DNA from: Parasitella parasitica NRRL 2501
Taxonomy: Eukaryota; Fungi; Mucoromycota
NCBI GenBank assembly: GCA_025201805.1
Contig: MU619267.1
Location: 62,001 to 126,000 of the forward strand
Reading direction: 5' to 3'
Length of the DNA: 64,000 nucleotides
Below, piece by piece: positions 12,444-24,004 of this stretch. The translations under genes and the position numbers were made by a program. Each line of letters begins with the position of its first letter. The first letter of the stretch is position 1. The notes under the pieces are model-generated. The model was given only the letters and a program-made list of their open reading frames with translations. It was not told the DNA's origin and searched no databases.

Positions 12444-14554
12444 TTTAATTAAAAAGCATCGATCATCTGTACAAAATAAAATATACGACGACGATCATTC
12501 ATTTAGAGGGGCAACCTTGACCATTTAAGCGGAGAGATATCAATGACAACACTTTGTTGCATCTTACAACCCATTTCTTCATCAACGTGCATCTATTTCC
12601 ATTTTGAGCTGCTGTGCTTTGACATGGCTTTTATATGTTGTTCAGTATATTTTTATACTTGAACCAATACGTATCATTTAGTAAAAAGGGGGTTCCTGCT
12701 TCGTTGCATTTGCATTCTGCTTCATTATGTTGATCTCTGTTTCTTAGCTTGAACTTGAGAAACTTTCAATCTGGATGCTGGTATATGAGCAATTTTAAAA
12801 TATGCTTCCCTATATGTTGTATGTTGTGTTTGCATCTAGTTTCAGACTTGATTAATTAACATGATCTGTGCATATTCCCTTCGAGATATAGACATTTACA
12901 GCACAATTTTGAAATTATTTTCCTGGCGATATTTTTATTTTATTTTATATGAATCGAGGCCACATGCGCCAGACATAACCATAAATACAATACAAAATGA
13001 CACATAGTTTGGAGAAAATAAGTAAGCCAGATTTTAATGGAAGAATGACGGCCACAGTATATACATATTTCCTCCTAAAAGCAGCTGTAATACATTTGAT
13101 TTATAAACCACAACGTAGAAAAGAAAGCTGTCGCTGCCCATCTTCACCCTGGTACCAACATATTCATCACTTCTGCATTACAATCCTTCTTCAATATCCT
13201 TCTCACGCCATCTGACCCAAAAAAAGTTCCCCAAAATACCTGTTATGCTATATCTACTAATTTTTCAAGTCCTTTGCCATTACTTTTTCTCTTCTTACTC
13301 TCCTCTTCCCCTGTCAGAGTACGTTGGTTGGACTCTAAACAATAATAACATTTTCCTTAAAAAAAGGAAAGCAGGCGATAAGACTAATTGAATTTAAAAG
13401 ATTTATATATGCTATCTATGCAATCATCCATCACCAGTAGTATCCTTACTTTAAATAAATGTTTAGAATGTGAAGACTAAACGATTTAGTCAGAGTTTTA
13501 TATTCTAGATATGTGTGAAAGTCATATTCGAGGGTTCAAGGGCGACCATTTATGAGAGTATTATATTATGGTTGGATTTGTCAAAGTAGCGGTGCTGGCA
13601 TGGTGATGAGTGCCTGAGATCCAACTTTACGGGTATTTTCTCAATTATGAAAATAATCGTATTGATATCAATGCTTTATATGTGATGTCTGGAAATTGAA
13701 ATGGTTTCTTGCTGTGCTTAGATTGTTTTCAGAATCTCTCAATAGAGGCAGCCTACTGTATAAGAAGCCTTTTTTTTTTTTTACTATTGAATTGATTGCG
13801 ATTTAGCATATCTCCATCAAATTGTTAATCAATCAGGAAAAGAACCTGTGCTAAAAACTTTTTCAAAAATTAAAAGCAATCATAGAAGATGCTTCTCAAT
13901 GTGACATTCCCTAATAGTTCATGGATAGAATTAATGTCTTATTATTTAAGAGCATAAAAATTGTCGCCTTGATGCCTTCCAATTTCTTCAACTATTCTAT
14001 AATAAATTGGCTTAAAAAAAATATATAATTTACACATGGTGTAACTTGAATGATTGTTTGTATACACATGAAAGCAAAAAGCTAACTGTTGATTCCGCAA
14101 TAACAGTGCAACAAACATTTACAAACTCTTATTTATTTGGTGCAACTATACGTGGGATAAAAATATGCATCATGACATATTGTCGTCAAAGCACAACAAC
14201 TTTCTTCAAAGATGGCACCATTATATATTCTGATACTATATATGTTCATAGGATATGGGGTAATCTATACGAGGGGTAGCATCTGGTTTGTTCTAGGATT
14301 TGCCTATATGTTGTATATGTATTACCGACATGTTTATCCGTACTTTTTATTGGCTTGTGGTGGGAGAAAAGAATACAGTACGAGTATTAAAAAGGGAATC
14401 TCTTTTTTCATGTAGGAACGTAGATCAGTCAAAGTCCACACACTGAATAGCAACTAAAGATTTAGATTCTTACTACATATTTGCTTTTTTTTTACTTGAG
14501 AAAAGAGAAAGGGATATTTTTTTTATATGCTGTACACTGAAATAAGGAAAAGAG

Positions 14555-16544
14555 TTAAATGGGTTGGTGTGTTAATGTTAAACCGAATGAACCAAATGGC
14601 GAATAATTTGTTGTATTGTTATCATTGCTTGTGTTGTTATTTGTTGGTATAATATCTTCCATATATTGATATTTGGTATCAAATGTAACTGTTGTTGTTA
14701 GAGGCTCTTCCATAACTCGATTCTTTTTCTTCGTCGCTGAGGAAAGAGTATTATTTGTCGAAGAGTTTGATTTACTACTGGTAGAATTACCATTATCGCA
14801 ACGCTGTCGTTTTTTTATGTTGTCTGTTTTCATTGATAAAGGCCTCTTTTCATGATGCAATTTCAAGCTAAGGCATGGGTTAGAGTACGGCTTATATGTT
14901 GTTTGAATCAACAACTTACTATAAACCACAAGCATTGCACAGAGGCGCTCCGTCCAGATCACGTCGCCAAAGAGGCGTAGTTGAGGTACCGCAGTTGGAG
15001 CAAAGCGGTTGAACAATGTTCTCATCTTCGCCACGAAGATCTTTTCTAGAAGATTGTGGTTTGAGATACTTTGGTCTAGGCGCATTATGTAATTTAAGGC
15101 TAAATAGATGGAATGAGTAATATGACCAAAAAGCAAACTATTGAAAATAAACATACTATAGACCACATGCATTGCAGAGTAATTCGTCATTTGCTGATCT
15201 CCTCCAAAGTGGAGTAGATGTGGTGCTACAGTTACTACAGACAGGTGTTTTTCCTTCGGACGGCGAGCTGTTGATGGCCATTGATCTCCTACTTGGAGAG
15301 GAAGATGGAGACATGACTGATGTTGGGGAAGAGGAAGCGGATGAAGAGGATCCTCCTATGTCACATGGCGGTGGTGAAGGCGCTCTTGACGGAGGTAATG
15401 ATTTAGATTGTTGATGTCGATGATGGTGATGATGATGATGAAACTGATGTTGTTGGAGAGGTGGTTGATGATGAGAGAAAGTGAATGATGTGCTACTTGA
15501 AGTCGTAGGTATGATGTCTTTCTGAGCAGCTGTGGTGGTAATGGAGTGAACAAAGAATTGTTGTGGTTGTGGTTGTATCATTAGCTGATTTGCCATGACT
15601 GGATTGTTCTGAGGTGTTGGAAATGAAGAGGCCGTATTCATGTAAGGTGTGTTTGGAGTTGATTGTACCATCGAAGGAGGGTAATTTGAAGATGACATGT
15701 TTACAGTGTTCCAGCTGATGGTACTATTATTACTGTTGTTGAGTAGCTTTCCAGCTGTCGCCAATGTCTCTTTGGGCAATGTCGTAAATAGTTTGTTATG
15801 GAGTGTACCTATAGGGATAGGTGGCATAGCTTCAGATGAAACATACAAGGCAGAAGAATTTTCATTATTATAGCTATAATCCGAATAGTCGTGTTGATAA
15901 GGGGGTGGTTGATATGTAACTGGTGAAGGGTTATTGCTGGTTGTAGGAACAAAATCTGCTGATGCTAGCGGCCATGATTGATTTATTATTTGATCCAGCT
16001 GTTGCGATGTTGGGCTCTCTTCAGAAGGGTTTAGGTACGCTTGCATATCACCACTAAAAGAGTTAAAAATATCATCTAATTCAATAACCTGATCACCTGC
16101 TTGATCTGATGTAAACTGGTGAAGTGTGAATTCTTTCTGCTTGTCCATATTTATTGCATCGGTATATAATCCGAAGTCTTGTATTTTTTGCTCTGCTTGT
16201 TTCTTTTGTTGTAGGCTTAGCTTACGTCGATAATCTGCTTCTAATTCAGCATGTGTCTTTTTTTTCTTTTGTTGCAGTGCTTTGAAATCAAAATCATCAG
16301 GAACCTTAAAGTTACGAAGTAAAGAAGCAGCGGCAGGAGAAACGGAAGTTGATTTCTTATTGTCGTTTGTGTTGTGAGCAAACCATAAACGCCAAGAGAG
16401 ATTTTCTAATCTCGATCCATTCTCAAGCGAGTCTTTCACTTTGGTACAGACTCGCCAGGTCTTGGATAAATCAGCAGATGGATCATCGTCATTAAATAGC
16501 GATGATTGCACATTTCCTTTTACTTTTAACACAATGGGAGCCAT
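14555..16544 (-). CDS. GATA transcription factor with an N-terminal AreA/Gaf1-type (DUF1752) motif and two GATA zinc fingers; exons 16544-15157, 15099-14920, 14867-14555
   Basis: [25 protein letters not shown]; finger 1 [28 protein letters not shown]; finger 2 [28 protein letters not shown] followed by the basic tail [22 protein letters not shown]. Confidence 0.92.
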
Positions 16545-18260
16545 TGTGGGAGATAGAGTGATTATAATTATGGGATTTTTTGGAAGAAAAAAAGGAATAG
16601 AAAATATATGAAAGAGGAGAAGAGCAGAGAACAAAAGATAAGAATTTTCCAGTTAATATTCAAACAGTGTATAAATGACCTTTCTGGCGGAGACGCAACT
16701 CAAACGCAAGGGGTAAGGGGATCGTAAATGAAGATATCTTTATGATGTATTCTTCCAATCAAATTAGATCTCTTTATCATTCGCCCACATATGATGGAGT
16801 TCATGTGATTCTATTACTGTAATTTCAGATTCTGGGGAAAAAGACCCGCAAGTTATTTGAATAAAAAAAGCCCGGTATATTTCAAAGTTATTTGGAATGA
16901 AAATTTGAAGTATTTTGGCCAGAAAAGCTATTAGAATAAACTTTTCCGATTGGACAAAATTATGCTCATCAGGGGAACAAATGTTATATATTTGATCCCT
17001 TTTATCTTGACGAAAATTCTTCCGTTGTTGCACAGACTTTAGGACTCTCAACATTAACAATTTTATATATATATTTTTGAAAGAATCTCAATAAATTATG
17101 TTAGTGATTGTTGCATGTATTAAAGTATAGTAATCTAGTGGTCTTATTTATTAAAATATTTTCATAGAAGACCGATCTGGTGTGTTTCTACTGTGCAGCC
17201 TCAATCACTTTGTACGCAGCTCAATCCAGCAGTATACATTTTAGAAACCTACAACCAACAATACATAATATTATACCGTACTATTACTGGAAAGGTGATG
17301 AGACGTTCCACTGTTTTCTGCTCTCTATCGAAATATAGGCCAGGACTATCGGCTTATTGACATCGATGGTCTAGCAATAACATGATAAGAGCACGAAGAT
17401 GCAGCTACTATAGTATTTTCAATTGGCAGTGGTTTGGGGTTTTTAGCTGTTTTTTCTCAGTCTGCTTAATTAAACATACTCAATTGATTTCAATGTCTCT
17501 TGATGGAATAGCTTTTGACATTTTTGTTATAAGAAATGCCAAGATCTCTTTGAATATGAATGACGAAATAGCTTATAATGATATTAATGCTTCAAAAAGA
17601 GATATAGCAATGGATTCGAAGTAGGTTTTGATCAATTTAATTTATTACAATAAAAATACTTCAACTACAAACAGCAATTGTTAATTTCGCCATTATTTAG
17701 AGCTAGTCGAGATATTTCCATTAATTTCAATCGCACCAAAATGCCAATCAGCACAAATCTCTGACACTCTCAACTTGTTGATATGATCAAACGGAAAATG
17801 CAGCTTCATAAAGTAGCATGTGTCTTAATATGAATAAATTAAGGTAGACAAAGGATAGTCAGTCTTCAAAAATCGATGTGGCAAAACTTTAGATAATGTT
17901 ATGTAAGATAACAAAACAAACAGATCTAATATGTACTACATGAATTATGCCTAATCCCAAAATTTTATGATTTGGCTATCTGTTGTAGGCTCAAATATGT
18001 ATACCTTAGAATCGTGCACGGCCGAAAAAAAAACAATACAAAAAAATTAAGGAGAAAGACAACAACGAGGCAACGCGTTTTGTTTTTCCAGACAAACAAA
18101 CAAAAAAAAACACACACACATTTCTAAAGAATTGTTTCTCGAGAAATTTCAGAAATAGTAGAGAATCTAATGTGTCAATGTCTTCTTTAGCATGTCAAGG
18201 TTATCGTGATATTTTCTTCTCGTCAAATAATGGTATTACAAGCAAACCGGACCTCTGTGT

Positions 18261-19339
18261 TTAATTGGGAATGTTTTTGTAAGAGCTATTGATTTGTTGA
18301 GCTAATATTTCAGCAGCACCTGGTGTCACAGATTCTTTCTTATCATCAAGGTTACGGGATTCAAGATACTCTTCGACGCGATTTGTCATTACTTGTAGTG
18401 CAATCTCATTTTCTACTCCTCTGGGAATAACGATGTCTGCAGATTTTTTTGACTGAAAAAAAAAAAAAAGAGACATGAGACGGGATTATCATCCAAGGAT
18501 ACGAGAAAAAAATTGAGTACCGGTAATATGTATTCTTCATACATGGGCTTCACTTTTTCAACATATTCAACCAGCAATTCTTTGATATTCAAGACACGGC
18601 CATTTCTCACTTTAGTTTTACGAACTCTTCTAGCTAAACGTTCATCACTATCCTCATCGATAAAGACTTTCATAAACATTAATTCACACAATTCCTTTTG
18701 ATACAAAACCAATGTGCCCTCAACCAGCAATACATCGACTGGTTCAATGACACGTGTGCCCTTTCTATTCCGAGAAAATGTGAACATTGATAGCAAAGGC
18801 AAATGCTTATACCCTCTACCTTGTGTGATTCGATGTATCCCATTCAGGCACCGAGGTCGATTTACCTGATAGAATCGACCGAATGGTTTCCTTTAATAAT
18901 TCGATATCGAATGCGTCTGCATGGTGAAAGAAGTGTTATTGGTACAAATGCATTTTTTGGACTTGGTCTAGTGCATTTTACCCGGATGATCTGTGTAAAG
19001 TTCACCAGCTTCGTACTTTATCCTTTCGGAAGGTGTTAATTCACGATAAAATTGCGTCAGACTAATGAGAGCGACATTGGTGGCATATTTTTTGCTCAAG
19101 CGAGAAGTCAATGCCTCACAGAAAGCTTTCTATTCAAGATCAGTTCACATTTTATTTGCAATTTTTGTCCTTGTATTACTTTTCCAGAGTCTGCACCACC
19201 AGCGATGGCGATGGCCATGGGTGTCTTCAGAGAAACTTTGAAGTAGCTAATGCTGGATGTGAGCAACATACTTTCTTATGCTTTTTTCACGGCGTAAATC
19301 ATACTTGGGATCAGCGTATTTAGTGGGATCAATCGACAT
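18261..19339 (-). CDS. Uridine kinase-like protein (PRK/URK family), probably catalytically degenerate, multi-exon
   Basis: Spliced: PMAIAIAGGADSGK|KAFC...ISLTQFYRELT...DHP|DAFDIELL...DVLLVEGTLVLY...MKVFIDEDSDERLARR...VKPMYEEYILP|SKKSADIVIPRGVEN, co-linear with uridine-cytidine kinases. Confidence 0.85.
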
Positions 19340-19783
19340 TTATGACTCGTTGGATTATTCTATATTCACGCAAGAGGAAAATGGATATACTAGCCAAAGA
19401 TTTAGCAAAGCAGAAAACCAATTAGCAATCGAGGTGACTTTTTTAACTCCAAATGAGCAAAAGGTACCCAATCACTAAAGAAGCTCTTTTAAAGTCGAGT
19501 ATTTTGAACCTATGGCACATTCTTTCCATTGCATATTTGGGAAAGCTCCATTTTTTTTTCGTATTTAGTTCCTTTATTCTTTTCTTCTCTGCTTGTTCTT
19601 TTTTTATTTTATTTCTGTTCTTTTTATTTTTTATTTCTCCCTCTTGTATTTCATCTCGTGTGTTGTTTCTTAAACACGCAACCCCCTGGACACTTGTTTT
19701 TTTTTTTTTTCATATTAAATTTGACAAGAAGTCCCTCCCCTTTTCTCCATAAATAGAAGACATCTTTTACTCGCACTCGCTCA

Positions 19784-21345
19784 ATGATGATCAGTGAACC
19801 GCAACTGTTTGCTCATCCTTTCAATTTTAACGATATTCAAAGAATACACCCTCTTTCTGCTTCCCCTGGTTCTTCCGCTTTCTTTCGTGCAACCTCCCCT
19901 GTTCAACCAACTTCCACCAACATGGATGATGTTACAACAATTTTCGTAGTTGGATTCCCCGAAGATATGGCCGAGAGAGAGTTTCAAAACATGTTTACAT
20001 TTTGCCATGGCTTTGAAGCCGCTTCTTTAAAATGGCATTGCAAAGATCAAGACGATGATTCTATCCCTTCTTCAACAAATGGCAAAAAGCAAATTGTAGG
20101 CTCCCTTCAACATGTACTGCAATTGATGAATGACTAACTTTTTGTGTTATTTAGATTGGGTTCGCTAGGTTTCGCACTCGTCTTGAAGCACTCGAAGCTA
20201 TCGATGTCATAAGCGGGAAAAAGATAGATCAAGACAAGGGCACCGTTCTTAAGGCTGAAATGGCCAAGAAGAATCTTCACATCAAGCGGGGTTCTGCTAC
20301 TCAGACGTCCACCTCCACATCTTCTTCAACTACGACCTCCACTGCTGCGACAGTAGCCCCGCAATCTGTCGCTGTAAATTCTGTAACCAGCCCAAACACA
20401 TCATTGTTGGCCTCGTCCCTTGCTACGTCTGAATCATCGTCATTGAAGAATGCGCAGCGTTATGATACTTTCTCTCCTCTACCAAGTGATTTGCTCTCAT
20501 CTCAAGACTATAAAACTGATTTATTTATTGATCCAAACTACAATGATTCCCTCTTTGGCATTCGATCTCAGTCTTACGATCAAGATTTAGGTTTCATGTC
20601 ATCTCGCGCATTTGGCTTAGGTCCAACATCTTCATCCATTCAACAGCAACAGCAACAGCATCATCTTTCATCTAATCATCTCCATCATCAACATCAACAC
20701 CAACATCAACATCAACAGCATATCCAACAGCAACAAAGTCAAAATTCACAACAGCAACAGCAGCAGCAACAAAGGCTGCCAAAGTTGATGAACGAAGCAG
20801 ATGATTTTCACTACCTCTCAAAATCCTCTCCCGTCCCTAACGACAATCGCCTTGAAAACGCAAATATACTGGAGCCTGATCTGATCCGAATGGGATCTCT
20901 CTCTTTACTTCCAAACAGCTTGGATTTGAGGTCTTCCTCTAGTAGTCTCTCATCTCCAATTCAACGTTTGCCCAACCCCGCCGATCAAAACCCCCCATGC
21001 AATACTCTTTACGTTGGCAATTTGCCTTCCAACACCTCTGAGGAAGAACTTAGACAATTATTTTCTCACTGCAAAGGCTATCGCCGTATGTGTTTTCGCA
21101 CAAAGCCTCAAGGTCCCATGTGTTTTGTAGAGTTCGAAGATATCGTTTTTGCCTCCCAAGCTTTGAATGAATTGCAAGGGCACAGTTTGACAAACTCCGT
21201 TAAAGGTGGAATTCGCTTATCTTACAGCAAAAATCCATTATTTATCAAGCCAAACAAGGAGAATGGCTTAATGAGCTTCAAACAAATGGGAAACGTATTG
21301 ATGTCTGATAGAAGCAGGGATTTTATGTTTGATCCTCAATTATAA
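19784..21345 (+). CDS. Two-RRM RNA-binding protein, Whi3/Whi4/Scw1-like, with a Q/H-rich linker
   Basis: [22 protein letters not shown]...IGFARF...[11 protein letters not shown]; [18 protein letters not shown]...[10 protein letters not shown]...[12 protein letters not shown]; one intron ~20096-20154. Confidence 0.9.
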
Positions 21346-22846
21346 TTTTATATATTTCTCATTTTTTTTTATTTAAAAATTAGTATTTTAATTTCATAGA
21401 AGGCATTTTTTTTTCTTAATATAAACAACAGCAATAACTATTCAACTCACAAAAAAAAACAAAAAAAAAAAACAAAAAACATTTTTTATATATAAATATC
21501 TCCATTCCACTACAAAAATTAAACATATTTGTCACTTCCATTCCTCCTTGCTTTAGAGTCTGTATTACGATTTTCACACTTAATATTATCTTGTACTTTG
21601 GATGATTTGAATCCAGCATCTAAACTTTCAACCAAACATATCCATTGAAACATCATGGGAAATGTTGTGATTTGCCCGGTTTTAATTGTTATGGTATGGC
21701 AAAGAATTATACGGAACAGGAGAATTGCTTAGATGTAAAGGTGCAACCTTCAAAAATGTAAAGGCTGCTCATGCTGGCAACTTTCAAGGGTCAAGATACC
21801 TTAGGTTTGAAGCTTATGACAGTCAAGTTGAAAGTGATATCCGAATTTACTTGGATTACAAGAGGAATCAATGCTTTCTAACGTACTTGCACCAATTTAA
21901 CGACGTTACTATACACAGTGAATGTAAAATCCCTGGACATCAACAATAAGCTTACTCTAGGATGGGTTCTACGGCTTATCAAGATTTCGCAAAGCTTTTG
22001 AATTTTGAAATGCTTTCTAAATTCAATAACCTTATCTGTCCACACTTATCCTCACCTAGTACCACGCAGCAGCTACTATACTGCCTTCTTAACTATTCAC
22101 ATTTCTCACATGAAGTGTGGAGTACAATATGAACAGTTAAAAAAATGGGGCTAGACATAAGATGTAAAGTGGGAATACGCCATATTGAGGACAATGTCAA
22201 TAGGACGTAAACTTGAATTTGAGCACTTGTTTTTGATGGCCGAAATTGCTCTAAAAGCTCTGAAATCACCTTACAGCATATATGCTTTACTTTACGTAGT
22301 TTTTTTTTTTGGCATACTCAATTCTCTTCATGGAGCAATTTTCTATTCTGCTGAAATCTGGAATCGATCATGAAAATGTACAAAATTTGGATTTTCTTGA
22401 AACTTTTTAATCAATGTCTCTAGAAAACAGTAAATCAAGAAGCAATATATTCTAATAAGAACTCATTGAATGGCACATCAAATAGTAAAATCTATTGAAA
22501 ACTTGCAACTGCAAATATCAAGCATTTTGAGATTGAAGGAAAATATGTTTTCGACGTAAATGTAAATATTTTGCATAAATGATACCTATAATGGTAATCA
22601 AGGTTTTTTTTTCGGTTGATATATTATACTATCATATTATTGCGCAAGTTTTGATGTATAAATAGACTATTGAGATTTGTCTGATTTGACAGGCTGGCTT
22701 GTTTGTTTGTTATGTATAGATAGTATTGCATCGTATACAATTCAGTACGGTTGTTGTTTCAATTAATGTGTGCTAATTCCCAGAGATCGCAAGCGATCAG
22801 CTTTAGAAAAGTCATCTATTTACAGTTTATTTTACAGACATTCAGA

Positions 22847-23790
22847 ATGAATATGCGATTTCTTTACAAAGATGGACAAGAGCATGCTGTAGATGGGAAC
22901 GGAGTTGAGCCTGCAATCCTTGTTATGCTATTTGCTATTAAAACAAAAAGTTCTCGTACTCAATTCCTAATGAATGAACCTCTAGAAAGACCTACTAATC
23001 CTGCAATGCTTCCAATTTCAGTTAAAAGGAACAACAAAAGTTTAAATGGAGCTATTCGATGAAAAGAGATGCTATACAGTCTACTCTGATGAACGCAAGA
23101 CTCGATTTTTTCATTTATTTTTCAGCAAATGCTTGAATGCTACTGCTGCTGCTGCTGCTGCTGTGAGACAATTAGGTATTCATATCCGAGCAGCGCAGAG
23201 ATGGGTCAAACGTTATTACGAGAATTCTGAAAGCATGTTTGAGAAGAAGAACAAGTCAGGTCGGCATTGTATCCTCGGGGAGGAGCATAAGCAGTTCTTT
23301 TAAATTACGTTGATGAGAATCCTTCTGCTGTTGTAACTGAAGTGGCAGAAAGTTTAATGCAAAACGTTGCGGATCTTGGTGTTTCTTCCATTAATAAATA
23401 AGCGCAATTTCAGCCTTTAGAAAGAAATACCAAAGAAAAGATTCAACAAGGTATGGCTTGGTCAAAGAAAGGTACTCTCCTGTAATAATTGCCGCGCTTA
23501 CAACCAAGGCAAATGCAACGTCGATTTTAGGTGCAATATCAGCAACTGGCTTGATTCATGTTGATCTGAGGGTTCCAAAGCGTATTAAAAAGAGACAGCT
23601 TGGATGCGAACCTGGTGGTTATAGCATCCGAGCTTTTTAAAGGCTACTCTTGAACGAAATGGACAAGCATCCAGAAACGAGGGGACACTATGTTGTCATG
23701 GATATAATGCACCCATTTATGGCTCAACTGAAATAGGCAAATGTATTCATTCTCGAGGAAATAAGTTCCTGGGAAAAAGAATCGCTAACC
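22847..23790 (+). mobile_element. Degenerate Tc1/mariner (IS630-like, DDE) transposase pseudogene
   Basis: Frameshifted pieces: RQLGIHIRAAQRWVKRY (HTH), GRHCILGEEHKQF..NYVDENPSAVV, AWSKKG, TSILGAISATGLI, GHYVVMD-NAPI. The segment expected to carry the first catalytic Asp is deleted; no TIRs recognised. Confidence 0.8.
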
Positions 23791-24004
23791 TTTGTCATTT
23801 AGTGATTCTTTTTTTTTTTCCAGAAAGCACTTGTTGAAATGGCCGTTTAGTGGCATTCTCCTTTTAGACTGTTACGGTAACTTGGTTTCATCTAAAAAAG
23901 AACAGACAGCTTTCGATTGGTTGTTGCTTCATTTTGTTCGTTTTGATCGATTGCTTGTAAATTAAATTTTTTCTTTAGCTGCCTTCTTTCTTGTTCAAGT
24001 AGAA

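Noticed and set aside
13600-13620. C/D-box-like GTGATGA...CTGA
   Set aside because: Boxes are only a few nt apart, too close for a snoRNA.
20640-20775. Poly-Q/HQ tracts here and in the kinase, GATA and HSF genes
   Set aside because: Ordinary low-complexity coding repeats in fungal regulators.
21686-21949. 87-aa ORF, and a similar protein-like stretch at ~41530-41640 minus
   Set aside because: No ATG start, motifs or splice support; cannot be distinguished from chance.
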